Source: Candidatus Parcubacteria bacterium (GTDB lineage Bacteria; Patescibacteriota; Minisyncoccia; Phycocordibacterales; Zambryskibacteraceae). From it: a stretch of DNA of 64,000 bases. The notes under the pieces are model-generated. The model ran no database searches and was not told the DNA's origin. It saw only the letters and a program-made list of their open reading frames with translations. Below are positions 38,010 through 46,461 of the stretch, one piece after another (positions within the stretch are counted from its first letter, which is position 1; every line of letters begins with the position of its first letter). A program made the position numbers and the translations under genes. The stretch spans positions 31,009 to 95,008 of the forward strand of contig JAIFWP010000003.1 of assembly GCA_019661785.1 (NCBI GenBank), given 5' to 3'.

Positions 38010-39029
38010 ATGAAAAAGAAACATGCATCAAAGGAGTCCTGGGGGCTCGGACGGCTACTCAGGAAGATCGCCCCGAAGATTGGCGCGACGGTTGTCCTCG
38101 AACCTGAGTGGGAGGTCGTAGGCCAGATTGCCTTCAAGAACGGTCGGCGTTCGTACTTCCGCTACAACACGCTCGACTTAAACCCGATGGGCAGCTCGGA
38201 GATAGCCAAGGACAAGGACTATGCCAACTTCTTCATGAACGGCATGGGCTACCCTACAGTGCCAGGGAGCAAGGCCTTCTACTCCGAGGAGTGGGCCAAG
38301 GCCATCGGCTCTCCTAGCCGCAGCATCGACGCAGCATATCATCATGCACAGAAGCTCGGCTTCCCTGTCATCGTGAAGCCGAACAGTGGTAGCCAAGGTG
38401 CTGGAGTCATGCTCGTCCACAACAAGCATGAGTTCTACAAAGCCGCGCGAGCCGTCTTCAAGCGCGACAGAGTCATGCTGGTGCAGGAACAACTCCATGG
38501 CAAAGATTATCGACTGGTCGTACTCGACAAGAAGGTCATCTCGGTCTACGAGCGCATCCCGCTCTCGGTCGAAGGCAACGGCAAGTCTACAATCGGACAG
38601 CTCTTGAAGAAGAAACAGGCGCTTTTCATTGAGCTCGGCCGCGATACGAAGATCAAGGCTAAAGATCCGCGCATAGCCGCGAAGTTGAAGCACCAAGGTC
38701 TGGGACTACGTTCCGTATTGCGGAAGGGCCAGAAGATTTTCCTCCTCGACAATGCCAACCTGTCTACTGGAGGAGACTCCGTGGATGTTACCGACAAGGT
38801 GCATCCTGGGTTCAAGAAGCTCGCAGTCGAGATTACTCGCAACATGGGTCTGCGGCTTTGCGGAGTGGACTTCATGGTTGATGGAGACATCAGTGAGAAG
38901 CCGGGCGCGTACTGGGTGCTTGAGATTAACTCTGCCCCTGGTCTCGACCACTACTCAAGGATGGGCAAGGCCCAGGAGAAGATTGTCGAAGGCCTCTACC
39001 TCGAGGTCCTGAAGCACATGGAGCGCTAG
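38010..39029 (+). CDS. ATP-grasp ligase (RimK / cyanophycin-synthetase / MptN-CofF-like)
   Basis: ATP-grasp motifs FPVIVKPNSGSQGAGV, VEGNGKSTIGQL and VLEINSAPGL. Confidence 0.7.
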   Translation: MKKKHASKESWGLGRLLRKIAPKIGATVVLEPEWEVVGQIAFKNGRRSYFRYNTLDLNPMGSSEIAKDKDYANFFMNGMGYPTVPGSKAFYSEEWAKAIGSPSRSIDAAYHHAQKLGFPVIVKPNSGSQGAGVMLVHNKHEFYKAARAVFKRDRVMLVQEQLHGKDYRLVVLDKKVISVYERIPLSVEGNGKSTIGQLLKKKQALFIELGRDTKIKAKDPRIAAKLKHQGLGLRSVLRKGQKIFLLDNANLSTGGDSVDVTDKVHPGFKKLAVEITRNMGLRLCGVDFMVDGDISEKPGAYWVLEINSAPGLDHYSRMGKAQEKIVEGLYLEVLKHMER

Positions 39030-39096
39030 CCTTTGGCAAGGCCAGCCTCGATGCCGGAGTGTTCCAACACTCCGGCATTTTCTATATACTGGTCGC

Positions 39097-39585
39097 ATGG
39101 TAGAGAAACAATACTCATGCGTTATCTCATATCTGCCGCTAGAGAACGAGCCCGACTATACGCACACGGCTTTCCCGCTATCCATTGGTCCAAACTACTT
39201 GGAACTCTCTAGCGACAAAGGGAGCGACCCTTATGCATGGGCGGAAAAGTGCGTATCCACTTTTAGCAAAGACGTGCCTTGCGTGCTTGTGCCTGGTACC
39301 CGCTTCGACATGAGTGGCACTCGACACGGCAAAGGCGGTGGCTGGTATGACCGCTTCCTATCTAAAATACCTTCTCATTGGACTCGCATAGGCATCGCTC
39401 ATAAGCGTCAGCTCTCAGACCAGAAACTCCTAAGACAAGCATGGGACCAACCCGTAGACTTGTTAGCTATATATGATGGTTCATACTGGAGCTTGATCGA
39501 AACGCACGCACGCACGGATGTGCGAGATGCGAGAATCGAACTCGCGCCCGATGCTTGGGAAGCACCAGTTCTACCACTAAACTAA
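39097..39585 (+). CDS. 5-formyltetrahydrofolate cyclo-ligase family protein
   Basis: Signature GKGGGWYDR. The stop overlaps the 5' end of tRNA-Gly on the opposite strand by 9 nt. Confidence 0.65.
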   Translation: MVEKQYSCVISYLPLENEPDYTHTAFPLSIGPNYLELSSDKGSDPYAWAEKCVSTFSKDVPCVLVPGTRFDMSGTRHGKGGGWYDRFLSKIPSHWTRIGIAHKRQLSDQKLLRQAWDQPVDLLAIYDGSYWSLIETHARTDVRDARIELAPDAWEAPVLPLN

Positions 39586-39591
39586 TCTCGC
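39521..39591 (-). tRNA. tRNA-Gly (anticodon CCC)
   Basis: Acceptor GCGAGAT/ATCTCGC, anticodon loop UUCCCAA, T-loop TTCGATT. Confidence 0.8.
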
Positions 39592-39593
39592 AG

Positions 39594-39676
39594 TGCCCGG
39601 GGTGAGACTCGAACTCACAAGGCCTTGCGGCCAAAGGATTTTAAGTCCTTCGTGTATACCATTCCACCACCCGGGC
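39594..39676 (-). tRNA. tRNA-Leu (anticodon UAA), long variable arm
   Basis: Acceptor GCCCGGG/CCCGGGC, anticodon loop CUUAAAA, T-loop TTCGAGT. Confidence 0.8.
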
Positions 39677-39678
39677 AG

Positions 39679-39750
39679 AGGCCTAGGGCGGAATCGCACC
39701 GCCGTATAACTCTTTTGCAGAGAGTTGCCTTACTACTTGGCGACTAGGCC
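39679..39750 (-). tRNA. tRNA-Cys (anticodon GCA)
   Basis: Acceptor GGCCTAG/CTAGGCC, discriminator U, anticodon loop CUGCAAA. Confidence 0.75.
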
Positions 39751-39834
39751 GTCCGCTCTACATTATCACAATTTCTTTTGATTACCTGAGCTTAATCTGT
39801 TACCCTCAACAGAGACTTCTTTCAGGAGACATTT

Positions 39835-40260
39835 GTGTCGCATACTCAATCGAGGGGCATCTACCGCCCCAAGCATTGGCACGCTGCTGCTGTGGCTGTA
39901 GAAGCGGGGCTCCATGCTCGCTATGGCAAGACATGGGAAGCTACCAAGTATCCCATCGGCGCTCTGGCCTCCATAGGACGCCTCTTCTACTGGGCGCTCG
40001 AAGGTCTGAAGCAGGCTGCCGGCGAGGAGACTCACTCCAAGATGCCAAGCATGGCTGGCACAGCGTGCGTCAGAACTGTGACAGCAGTGATGGAAGGGAT
40101 GGGACGCAAGGCCACTTCGAGGAATATCGGCAAGCTAGCCCTCGGCCATCATGACCTTATCCGGCGGATACAGCAGAACTACCTCATCACGGGGTCTGAC
40201 GCCGAGCGCCGGAGGTTGAGACAGTTCCTGCAAAAGCTCATAGAGCTTGGTGAATCGTAG
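39835..40260 (+). CDS. Hypothetical protein (GTG start; low confidence)
   Basis: 141 aa GC-rich ORF with no recognisable motif. Confidence 0.3.
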   Translation: MSHTQSRGIYRPKHWHAAAVAVEAGLHARYGKTWEATKYPIGALASIGRLFYWALEGLKQAAGEETHSKMPSMAGTACVRTVTAVMEGMGRKATSRNIGKLALGHHDLIRRIQQNYLITGSDAERRRLRQFLQKLIELGES

Positions 40261-40342
40261 CCGCGAGCAATCGCGGCTTCATCATTCACTTTTCATAATT
40301 TGTATTGAAAAAAAGCCAGTTTCTTGAGATACTCAACTGCAC

Positions 40343-40415
40343 GCACCCTTAGCTCAGCTGGTAGAGCAGATCCCTCTTAAGGATAAGGTCGTTGGTTCGA
40401 TCCCAACAGGGTGCA
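40343..40415 (+). tRNA. tRNA-Lys (anticodon CUU)
   Basis: Acceptor GCACCCT/AGGGTGC, anticodon loop CUCUUAA, T-loop TTCGATC. Confidence 0.8.
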
Positions 40416-40503
40416 CAAGTGCGGGGCACTTGTGCAAGCCGGAGGCCGACGGGCCGAGGCGGGGTCGCACAAATCCCGAGCACGGGATTATGTGTGACCA
40501 CAT
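40416..40503 (+). repeat. Third copy of the tRNA-associated conserved element, here filling the tRNA-Lys to tRNA-Leu spacer
   Basis: AAGCCGGAG-GCCGACGGGCC-GAGGCGGGGUCGCA-caaAUCCCGagcaCGGGAUua-UGUGUGACC. The core is conserved and both hairpins are maintained by compensatory changes relative to the other two copies. Confidence 0.55.
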
Positions 40504-40587
40504 GGGCGGGTGGTGAAATGGTAGACACGCCAGTTTTAGGAACTGGTTCCGCAAGGAGTGGAGGTTCAAGTCCTCTCCCGCCCACCA
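40504..40587 (+). tRNA. tRNA-Leu (anticodon UAG), CCA encoded
   Basis: Acceptor GGGCGGG/CCCGCCC-A-CCA, anticodon loop UUUAGGA, long variable arm. Confidence 0.85.
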
Positions 40588-40690
40588 CATAGTTTGTATT
40601 TGACTTTTTTATATTTCGTGATACAGTCGAGCTAGTACCGGTCTTTAACACTGCTACACACTTATATGCGGCTCGTCCGCGGAGGGAGGG

Positions 40691-41977
40691 ATGGGAACCA
40701 TCGTATTGTTTCTGATTCTGCTCGGTATCTCCTACTTTGCCGTAGGATGGTTCGTGCGGAGATGCGCAAGAAGGATGCTGCCATCGGGCAAGAAGGATGC
40801 GGAAGGCAACGAAATTATGGTGCCGAAGCCTCTCTTCTGGTACTTCCAGCCGGCCAACACCACTGCTTACCAGCAGAAGGCAGGCAACGATGCCGACTCA
40901 ATCGGCAAAGGCTCGAAGGCCACACCAGGAAAAGGGAGCGGCATCCTGCATGTCACCCACGAAGTGCCGGGCAAAATCCTCGACAGGAGCGACCCCGACA
41001 ACACCAAGTGGACATTCGTTGACCGCGCGGCAGGCCAGTTTGAGACAGGCCACAGGAGTCGCAGAGGGCTCTTCTACTACCTCTACGGCGTGCACAGCCT
41101 GGGTCCGTGGAACGAGCTCCGCACCGTGAAGGTGCGCGAAGTCCGCCTCACTATCGACGAGGACGAGCTCAAGGCCTATCGCAAAGACATGGCGAAGTGG
41201 GAAGAAGGCGGCAAAGAAGGCCCAAAGCCCAAAGAGCCGACCTACCAGGAGCATGTCAAGGACTACGAAACCCTCTTCCCCTACTACTCACGCGAGCATG
41301 GGGTTGCGGTTCGGAAGTCCGAGACGACGGGCGCTTACCCGCTCGATGTCTACAACAATGTCATCTACGAGGAGACCCACCCAGTCAAGGCCCGGCTCGA
41401 AGTGGCCGACCCCAACGCTACGCTCGCCGAGTTCGTCGAGCAAAGCGTCAACACTGAGACGGGTGGTCACGTACCAGAGTACTTCGTCTCCGAGAAGCTC
41501 GTGAACGAGACTACCACTCTCACTTTGAGGGAGCGGAAGGCGGCGTTCATCGATACTGTTACGGCAGAAGTCGCCAAACAGGCTCTCGAAGGCATCGGAC
41601 TCAAGGTGAAGAAGTTCATCCTCTACTCCATCGACATGGACGAGGAGATGCGGAGGCTCCTCGAGCTTCAGCAGACGACGGAGCGAGAGGAGCAGGCACG
41701 GATACTCACCGCCAGACGCGAGGTCACGGTCGCAATCCAAACAGCTCGCAAAAGAGCCGTTGAGGCTGCAGGCGAGCGGCGAGCGGAAATCGAGTTGAAC
41801 ACGGCCGAAGCTGACCGTGTGGCGAGAGTCATCCTGCCTATCGCGCGTGAACCCCGGGCAGCCGCTGTACGATTCTTCGAGGCTTACGAGAACAACAAGA
41901 CAGTAACCTCATTCGCCATGGGTGGGGACTTGTCCAAGATGATGCCTGACAACATTATCGTTCCAGTGAGCAAGTAG
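40691..41977 (+). CDS. Membrane-anchored protein with a C-terminal coiled coil; SPFH/band-7-like (tentative)
   Basis: N-terminal TM and a C-terminal Ala/Arg/Glu-rich coiled coil. GC-richer than the window average. Confidence 0.4.
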   Translation: MGTIVLFLILLGISYFAVGWFVRRCARRMLPSGKKDAEGNEIMVPKPLFWYFQPANTTAYQQKAGNDADSIGKGSKATPGKGSGILHVTHEVPGKILDRSDPDNTKWTFVDRAAGQFETGHRSRRGLFYYLYGVHSLGPWNELRTVKVREVRLTIDEDELKAYRKDMAKWEEGGKEGPKPKEPTYQEHVKDYETLFPYYSREHGVAVRKSETTGAYPLDVYNNVIYEETHPVKARLEVADPNATLAEFVEQSVNTETGGHVPEYFVSEKLVNETTTLTLRERKAAFIDTVTAEVAKQALEGIGLKVKKFILYSIDMDEEMRRLLELQQTTEREEQARILTARREVTVAIQTARKRAVEAAGERRAEIELNTAEADRVARVILPIAREPRAAAVRFFEAYENNKTVTSFAMGGDLSKMMPDNIIVPVSK

Positions 41978-41993
41978 CAGTTTGCATTACTAG

Positions 41994-42024
41994 GGCCGGG
42001 AGACCTCGTCTCCCGGCCCTTTTG
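41994..42024 (+). terminator. Intrinsic terminator
   Basis: GGGCCGGGAGAcctcgTCTCCCGGCCCtttt. Confidence 0.65.
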
Positions 42025-42025
42025 C

Positions 42026-42053
42026 TTGACAATACATTTTATAATGATATAAT
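42026..42053 (+). promoter_or_regulatory. Sigma70 promoter TTGACA-N16-TGa-TATAAT
   Basis: cTTGACAatacattttataaTGATATAATccc. Confidence 0.55.
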
Positions 42054-42100
42054 CCCAAAAGACTTTCAACCAACCGTTCATCTCATCTGTGGAGGTTCCT

Positions 42101-43063
42101 ATGTGGTTCAGAAAAAAGGATGCGGGGCCCAAAAGGCTCATGCCGAGGGGGCCCAAAGCCAAAAAGCCGAAAAGCCGCTTTAGGCTCTGGATGTCCGACC
42201 TTCCCTCGCGTGCAAGCACGAGGCTCGGGAAGAGCGCTGCATCGGCGAAGATCTTCTTCGCCGCTCGGTGGGCAAAGCTCGTGCCTTGGCTCAAGAGCAA
42301 GGCTCGCGTGCCAGACACAGGCCTGCCTGTCGGGATTATCGTGCAAGGCGTAGTAGCCATTGTAGTCGTCGCTATCCTGTGCTGGAAGGCGAGCGCGGCA
42401 ACCACGCACACGTGGGATAGCCTCAAGGCAATTCGCTGGCCCGTTCTGTCCCTGGCTTGGATTAGCGGAGTCGCCGTCGTACTCATGGCCTTGCTACTTA
42501 TCACTCTTGTCGTCATGAGACGCCGAGAGGCTAAGACAGCCCCAGCGCCGGAAGGACGTCCGTCTGCATCTACGTCAGGAACTCCCCCGCCGAAAAAGAA
42601 GAACGCGGGCAACGCACTCATTAACTTGGCGTTCAGCCTCGCAATCGTGGCGGCGCTCGTCTTCTTCGGTGTCCGCTTCTGGCAGATTTATCCAGAAGAG
42701 AAGCAGAAGGACAGGGAGTCGAAGGAGCGAATCGCCATTGCAGAGAGAGACCGAGTGGTCGGCTGCAAGACGAACGCCTGGGTAGACGGCTGCTCTACCC
42801 GTCCGAGGAAGTTCACCCGCATGATTTATGCGAGCGAACCGACCGAGGTCATCATGAATCCGGGTGACAAGCTCGTGTGGGTGGTCGACATCGGCCGCTG
42901 CAATGACTTGCTGACCTCGGCGCGCATGGAGGGCGAGTACAAGATCAGATCTTTCCGTACCAGACCGGGTGTCGACTCGCTGCAGGTGACCTTCCTCCTG
43001 CAGAAGACCGATGAACCTGAGAACCGCAAATGCGGCAAAACACCTACGACAGACATGTCGTAG
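42101..43063 (+). CDS. Hypothetical membrane protein (3 TM), Lys/Arg-rich N-terminus
   Basis: Start at MWFRKK with GGAGG upstream. No known domain. Confidence 0.45.
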   Translation: MWFRKKDAGPKRLMPRGPKAKKPKSRFRLWMSDLPSRASTRLGKSAASAKIFFAARWAKLVPWLKSKARVPDTGLPVGIIVQGVVAIVVVAILCWKASAATTHTWDSLKAIRWPVLSLAWISGVAVVLMALLLITLVVMRRREAKTAPAPEGRPSASTSGTPPPKKKNAGNALINLAFSLAIVAALVFFGVRFWQIYPEEKQKDRESKERIAIAERDRVVGCKTNAWVDGCSTRPRKFTRMIYASEPTEVIMNPGDKLVWVVDIGRCNDLLTSARMEGEYKIRSFRTRPGVDSLQVTFLLQKTDEPENRKCGKTPTTDMS

Positions 43064-43095
43064 GTGTTTTTCTTTCCATTTATCTCCTTGTCAGC

Positions 43096-43362
43096 TTACT
43101 GGCTTAGGTATGCAGGATCTTTGAGGCCGAAGGTGCCAAGGACAACGTGGATGAGACCGTAGGCGCTAAACATGATGAGCATGCCGATGAGGCCGTAGAC
43201 TATTTTCTTTTTGCCCGTGTCTCTCTCTGCACCATCTCCGGCAGAGCGGATGAACTGGAAGAGCCCAATGAAGAAGACGACGAAGGCTATGCCAAACAGG
43301 AGAAGGATTATCGGGTTAAGGATAGCGTCGTTGAACTTGTTCAGGAATGGAGTTATATCCAT
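43096..43362 (-). CDS. Small two-helix membrane protein, paralog family member 1 (TrbC/VirB2 pilin-like; no signal peptide)
   Basis: Shared core FIGLFQFIRSAGDGAERDTGKKKIVYGLIGMLIMFSAYGL. Confidence 0.55.
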   Translation of the reverse strand: MDITPFLNKFNDAILNPIILLLFGIAFVVFFIGLFQFIRSAGDGAERDTGKKKIVYGLIGMLIMFSAYGLIHVVLGTFGLKDPAYLSQ

Positions 43363-43373
43363 CTCCCAGTAGA

Positions 43374-43751
43374 CTAGTTAACTGTAGGGTTGATGCCAGG
43401 AACAGTAGGAAGCGAGCCGGATGAACCGCCAGTGCCGATACCAAGCGAGCTAGCTACGAACTTGACGAGGCCCCAGACTGCGACCATCACGAAGAGGGTG
43501 ACGATGCCGTAAATCATAATCTTCTTGCCCTCTTCCTTAGCCTCTTCGTTGCCTGCATTGAAGATGAACTTCATGAGACCCCAGAAGAATCCGAGGAGCG
43601 CAAGACCTACTACTATAGGAAGTGCTGTACCTACCCATCCAGCGACCGTGGTCATGAATGCGCTAAGGCCGGTCGTAGTGTTGGTAGTGGTTATCTGTGC
43701 CATGGCCAAACCCGGAGCGAGAGCGGCAAGAGCGATAATAATCTTTTTCAT
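43374..43751 (-). CDS. Small secreted/membrane protein, paralog 2 (signal peptide plus two hydrophobic helices; TrbC/VirB2 pilin-like)
   Basis: Signal peptide ..GLAMA|Q, core LLGFFWGLMKFIFNAGNEEAKEEGKKIMIYGIVTLFVMVAVWGLVKFV. Confidence 0.6.
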   Translation of the reverse strand: MKKIIIALAALAPGLAMAQITTTNTTTGLSAFMTTVAGWVGTALPIVVGLALLGFFWGLMKFIFNAGNEEAKEEGKKIMIYGIVTLFVMVAVWGLVKFVASSLGIGTGGSSGSLPTVPGINPTVN

Positions 43752-43872
43752 TAACTCTGTACTTGTTATTTGTAATATACCCTGTGGTATCCCTCAATGA
43801 TACGCCCTTTTGGGCCAAATGCTACGCCTGAGCTGGCTGACCTGTGGACTATTAAGCTTGGCTTTAGACCAC

Positions 43873-44181
43873 CTACTTCGAAATAGGCACCTGGATAATA
43901 CCCGACACAGTGCCGCCAGTGCCGATGCCAAGCGACTCGGCTACGAACTTGACGAGGCCCCAGACTGCGACCATCACGAAGAGAGCGATGATACCCCAGA
44001 GCATGACACGCTTGCCCTCCTCCTGCGCCGACTCATCGCCCGCCTTGAAGACAAACTTCATGAGTCCAAAGAGGAAGGCTAGAAGCGCCAAAGCTACTGT
44101 AAGCGGTATAGCTCGGCTGATTATGGTATTGGTTGCCTGTATGGCTTGGAGTATGCCGGTTGCTGCTAGTTGGTTGAACAT
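43873..44181 (-). CDS. Small membrane protein, paralog 3
   Basis: Core LLAFLFGLMKFVFKAGDESAQEEGKRVMLWGIIALFVMVAVWGLVKFV, about 75% identical to paralog 2 over this stretch. Confidence 0.6.
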   Translation of the reverse strand: MFNQLAATGILQAIQATNTIISRAIPLTVALALLAFLFGLMKFVFKAGDESAQEEGKRVMLWGIIALFVMVAVWGLVKFVAESLGIGTGGTVSGIIQVPISK

Positions 44182-44468
44182 TATTTTGAATGAGGTAATA
44201 AAGGTATCCCTAGTGACTTAGGCAAAGCAAGGCTCGTGTAAGCAAAGCTCAATATCCCCCACAGTGAGACCATGACGAAGAGTCCTACAAGGCCCCAAGT
44301 CATGAGACCCTTACCTTCCTCAAGGGCCTTCTCATCCCCACTTTTGAATATAAATGCCGCCAAGCCCTTGAAAAAGATGAGGAGCGACGCTCCGGCGATG
44401 AGCAGAAGCAAGGGGTTAATGATACCTATGAACAGGTTCACAAGCTCCTTCACGTTCGTGGGTGTCAT
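44181..44468 (-). CDS. Small membrane protein, paralog 4
   Basis: Core LLIFFKGLAAFIFKSGDEKALEEGKGLMTWGLVGLFVMVSLWGIL. Confidence 0.55.
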   Translation of the reverse strand: MTPTNVKELVNLFIGIINPLLLLIAGASLLIFFKGLAAFIFKSGDEKALEEGKGLMTWGLVGLFVMVSLWGILSFAYTSLALPKSLGIPLLPHSK

Positions 44469-44469
44469 C

Positions 44470-44850
44470 TTATTTTAGAGAGTTAATGGTGTTCTGCAGT
44501 ACAGTCGTGATAGCGGCCGCACCCAAGAGCACCGCCGTGCCTATGGCCGCGTATAGGAGAGCGGCCTTGGCAGTCTTTATCTGGCCCTCATCGCCGCCAG
44601 CCGTAACGAAGAGGAAGCCGGCCCAGATAAAGGCGACCACGGCGAGGACCGAGCCGATAGGAATGATGATTTTGTTTATGATAGCAGTGAAGAGGTCTGT
44701 CAGAGTGTTGCCTGCTCCCTTGAATGGATTCTCTAGCTTAGCTCCCACGTTTGAGTCAGAGCCTGAGTCAGCATGCACGGATACGAAGGACAAGAGCGAG
44801 AAGCAGATGAGGATGCCGAAGAGATATTTTTTCATCTGTTTTTGCATCAT
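44470..44850 (-). CDS. Small secreted/membrane protein, paralog 5 (signal peptide)
   Basis: Signal peptide ..VSVHA|D, core VVAFIWAGFLFVTAGGDEGQIKTAKAALLYAAIGTAVLLGAAAI. Confidence 0.55.
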   Translation of the reverse strand: MMQKQMKKYLFGILICFSLLSFVSVHADSGSDSNVGAKLENPFKGAGNTLTDLFTAIINKIIIPIGSVLAVVAFIWAGFLFVTAGGDEGQIKTAKAALLYAAIGTAVLLGAAAITTVLQNTINSLK

Positions 44851-45179
44851 GGAGCGCCAAGGATAGAGTATCCCTTATTCAAAAGCGCGTTGGTAATAGT
44901 ATATACGATGAGCCAGGCCGCCAGTATCCACACATAGCCGATAACCACCTTCATGAATATGCTCTTGGCCTCCTTTAGAGCTCCCGGGTCCCCGCCCGAA
45001 GTAAGGAGCTTGAAACCCGCATAGGCGAAAACTGCTGTCGCAAGGAGAGTAGAGATAATGACTAGGTCTTGTATCAGATTCTGCGACAGGAGAATGAGCT
45101 TCGCGTATGTACACGGATCTGCTTTCGTCCCATTGCACACTATGAGGTTAGCCCAGCCTGCAGCAAGATTGTTAATCAT
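44847..45179 (-). CDS. Small membrane protein, paralog 6
   Basis: Core AVFAYAGFKLLTSGGDPGALKEAKSIFMKVVIGYVWILAAWLIV. Confidence 0.55.
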   Translation of the reverse strand: MINNLAAGWANLIVCNGTKADPCTYAKLILLSQNLIQDLVIISTLLATAVFAYAGFKLLTSGGDPGALKEAKSIFMKVVIGYVWILAAWLIVYTITNALLNKGYSILGAP

Positions 45180-46456
45180 TTTATAAGAGCGCTAAGAGCA
45201 CTGTTCGCTACATTCACTGCCTCCTCGACTCTCGCGCGACCCGAGGTCACAGACTCAGCCATGGTACCGAATATGGCCTTAGACTTGGCCGGGTTTGGGT
45301 CGAGCCAACCTCTCGCTTGGAGACCAGCGCCGTAGAAGACGAACCCAGCCTGGTCAACAGGTTTAGCAGAGAGAAGGTCTCGTCGAGCAGGTACATATGA
45401 GGACCCGGTAGTGAGGCCCGCTACACCCGACTTGCTTACGAGAGACAATGCGCCTTGCAGTGCTGTAGCAGGATCCTTGCTGCCACGAGAGATAGCTACT
45501 CCGTAGAGCCTGCCGAATGTGATGGCCTTGCCAGAGACTCTCGACTGCGGCACTGGAGCGATAGAGAGATTCAAGGTCGGGTTCTTGGCCTTGAGCACAG
45601 GCAGCTCGCTTGCGAAGCCGAGATACATGGCGGACTTGCCAGAGGCGAAGCTAGTATCAGCTGCGAGGAGAGAGCGGTTCCAAGTATTGAAGGATTTGGT
45701 CGGGTCAGAGAATTGGGTATAGAAACTAAGTGCCGACTGAGCCGGGCTCTCTACGGTGTTGGCGCCTTGGTTCATGACAGCGACTAGAGACTGTCCCGAG
45801 TACGCAGTTATAGGCGTACCCGCCTGGAGCATAAGGAGAGAGAGTATCTCCTTCTCATGGGGGATGTTCTTGACCTCACCGAGCGCTATGGCTGAAGAAG
45901 TAATGTTGCCCGCTCCATCCTTAGCGGTAAGCTTATTTATATATTCATATATCTCGTCCCAATACACGAGAGGCTTGGCGAGAGAAGCCTTGGAGAAGAG
46001 GTCTCTGTTCCAATACAAGACCATAGGGTCCACATATAAAGGGAGAGCGTAAGTGCCGCTCCCTGCTTGGAAGAGCTCTCCCTCCTCTATGAAGGTCGAG
46101 ACAAAGTCAGAAGGCGTCACGCTCGAGCTCGGTATAAGTAGAATCCTGCTCTTCTCTGTAAGCAGGCTCTCGACAGGGATGATGACGAGGTCTGGACCTC
46201 TGCCTTCAGCCAAGGCCTCAACGAAGTCAGTGTCGAGAGAGTCGGCGGACTTCTCTGTATAGTTGAAGGTAACTGTCTCGCTCTTGTCGAGCCCAGTGCC
46301 GGCAAGGAGATTGTCGAAGTCATAACTAGAGAGCGAACCCCAGACCGAAAGGTTGATCTGTGCGGTACTGCTCCCCTTCGAACGCGAGAAGAGGATAACA
46401 GCCAATATGATGAAGGCGCCGAAGACGATAAGGAGCCCTACTTGGAACTTACTCAT
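45176..46456 (-). CDS. Extracellular solute-binding protein (ABC transporter substrate-binding, family 1-like), membrane-anchored
   Basis: N-terminal TM anchor, roughly 400 aa periplasmic-binding-protein fold. Confidence 0.6.
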   Translation of the reverse strand: MSKFQVGLLIVFGAFIILAVILFSRSKGSSTAQINLSVWGSLSSYDFDNLLAGTGLDKSETVTFNYTEKSADSLDTDFVEALAEGRGPDLVIIPVESLLTEKSRILLIPSSSVTPSDFVSTFIEEGELFQAGSGTYALPLYVDPMVLYWNRDLFSKASLAKPLVYWDEIYEYINKLTAKDGAGNITSSAIALGEVKNIPHEKEILSLLMLQAGTPITAYSGQSLVAVMNQGANTVESPAQSALSFYTQFSDPTKSFNTWNRSLLAADTSFASGKSAMYLGFASELPVLKAKNPTLNLSIAPVPQSRVSGKAITFGRLYGVAISRGSKDPATALQGALSLVSKSGVAGLTTGSSYVPARRDLLSAKPVDQAGFVFYGAGLQARGWLDPNPAKSKAIFGTMAESVTSGRARVEEAVNVANSALSALIK

Positions 46457-46461
46457 TAACT

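Noticed and set aside
39766-40035. 89 aa minus-strand ORF next to the tRNA cluster
   Set aside because: It overlaps the (weak) plus-strand ORF and the tRNA-Cys flank. No RBS and no motifs.
41884-42621. 245 aa minus-strand ORF
   Set aside because: It overlaps two well-supported plus-strand genes and the strong promoter and terminator between them. GC-rich shadow ORF.
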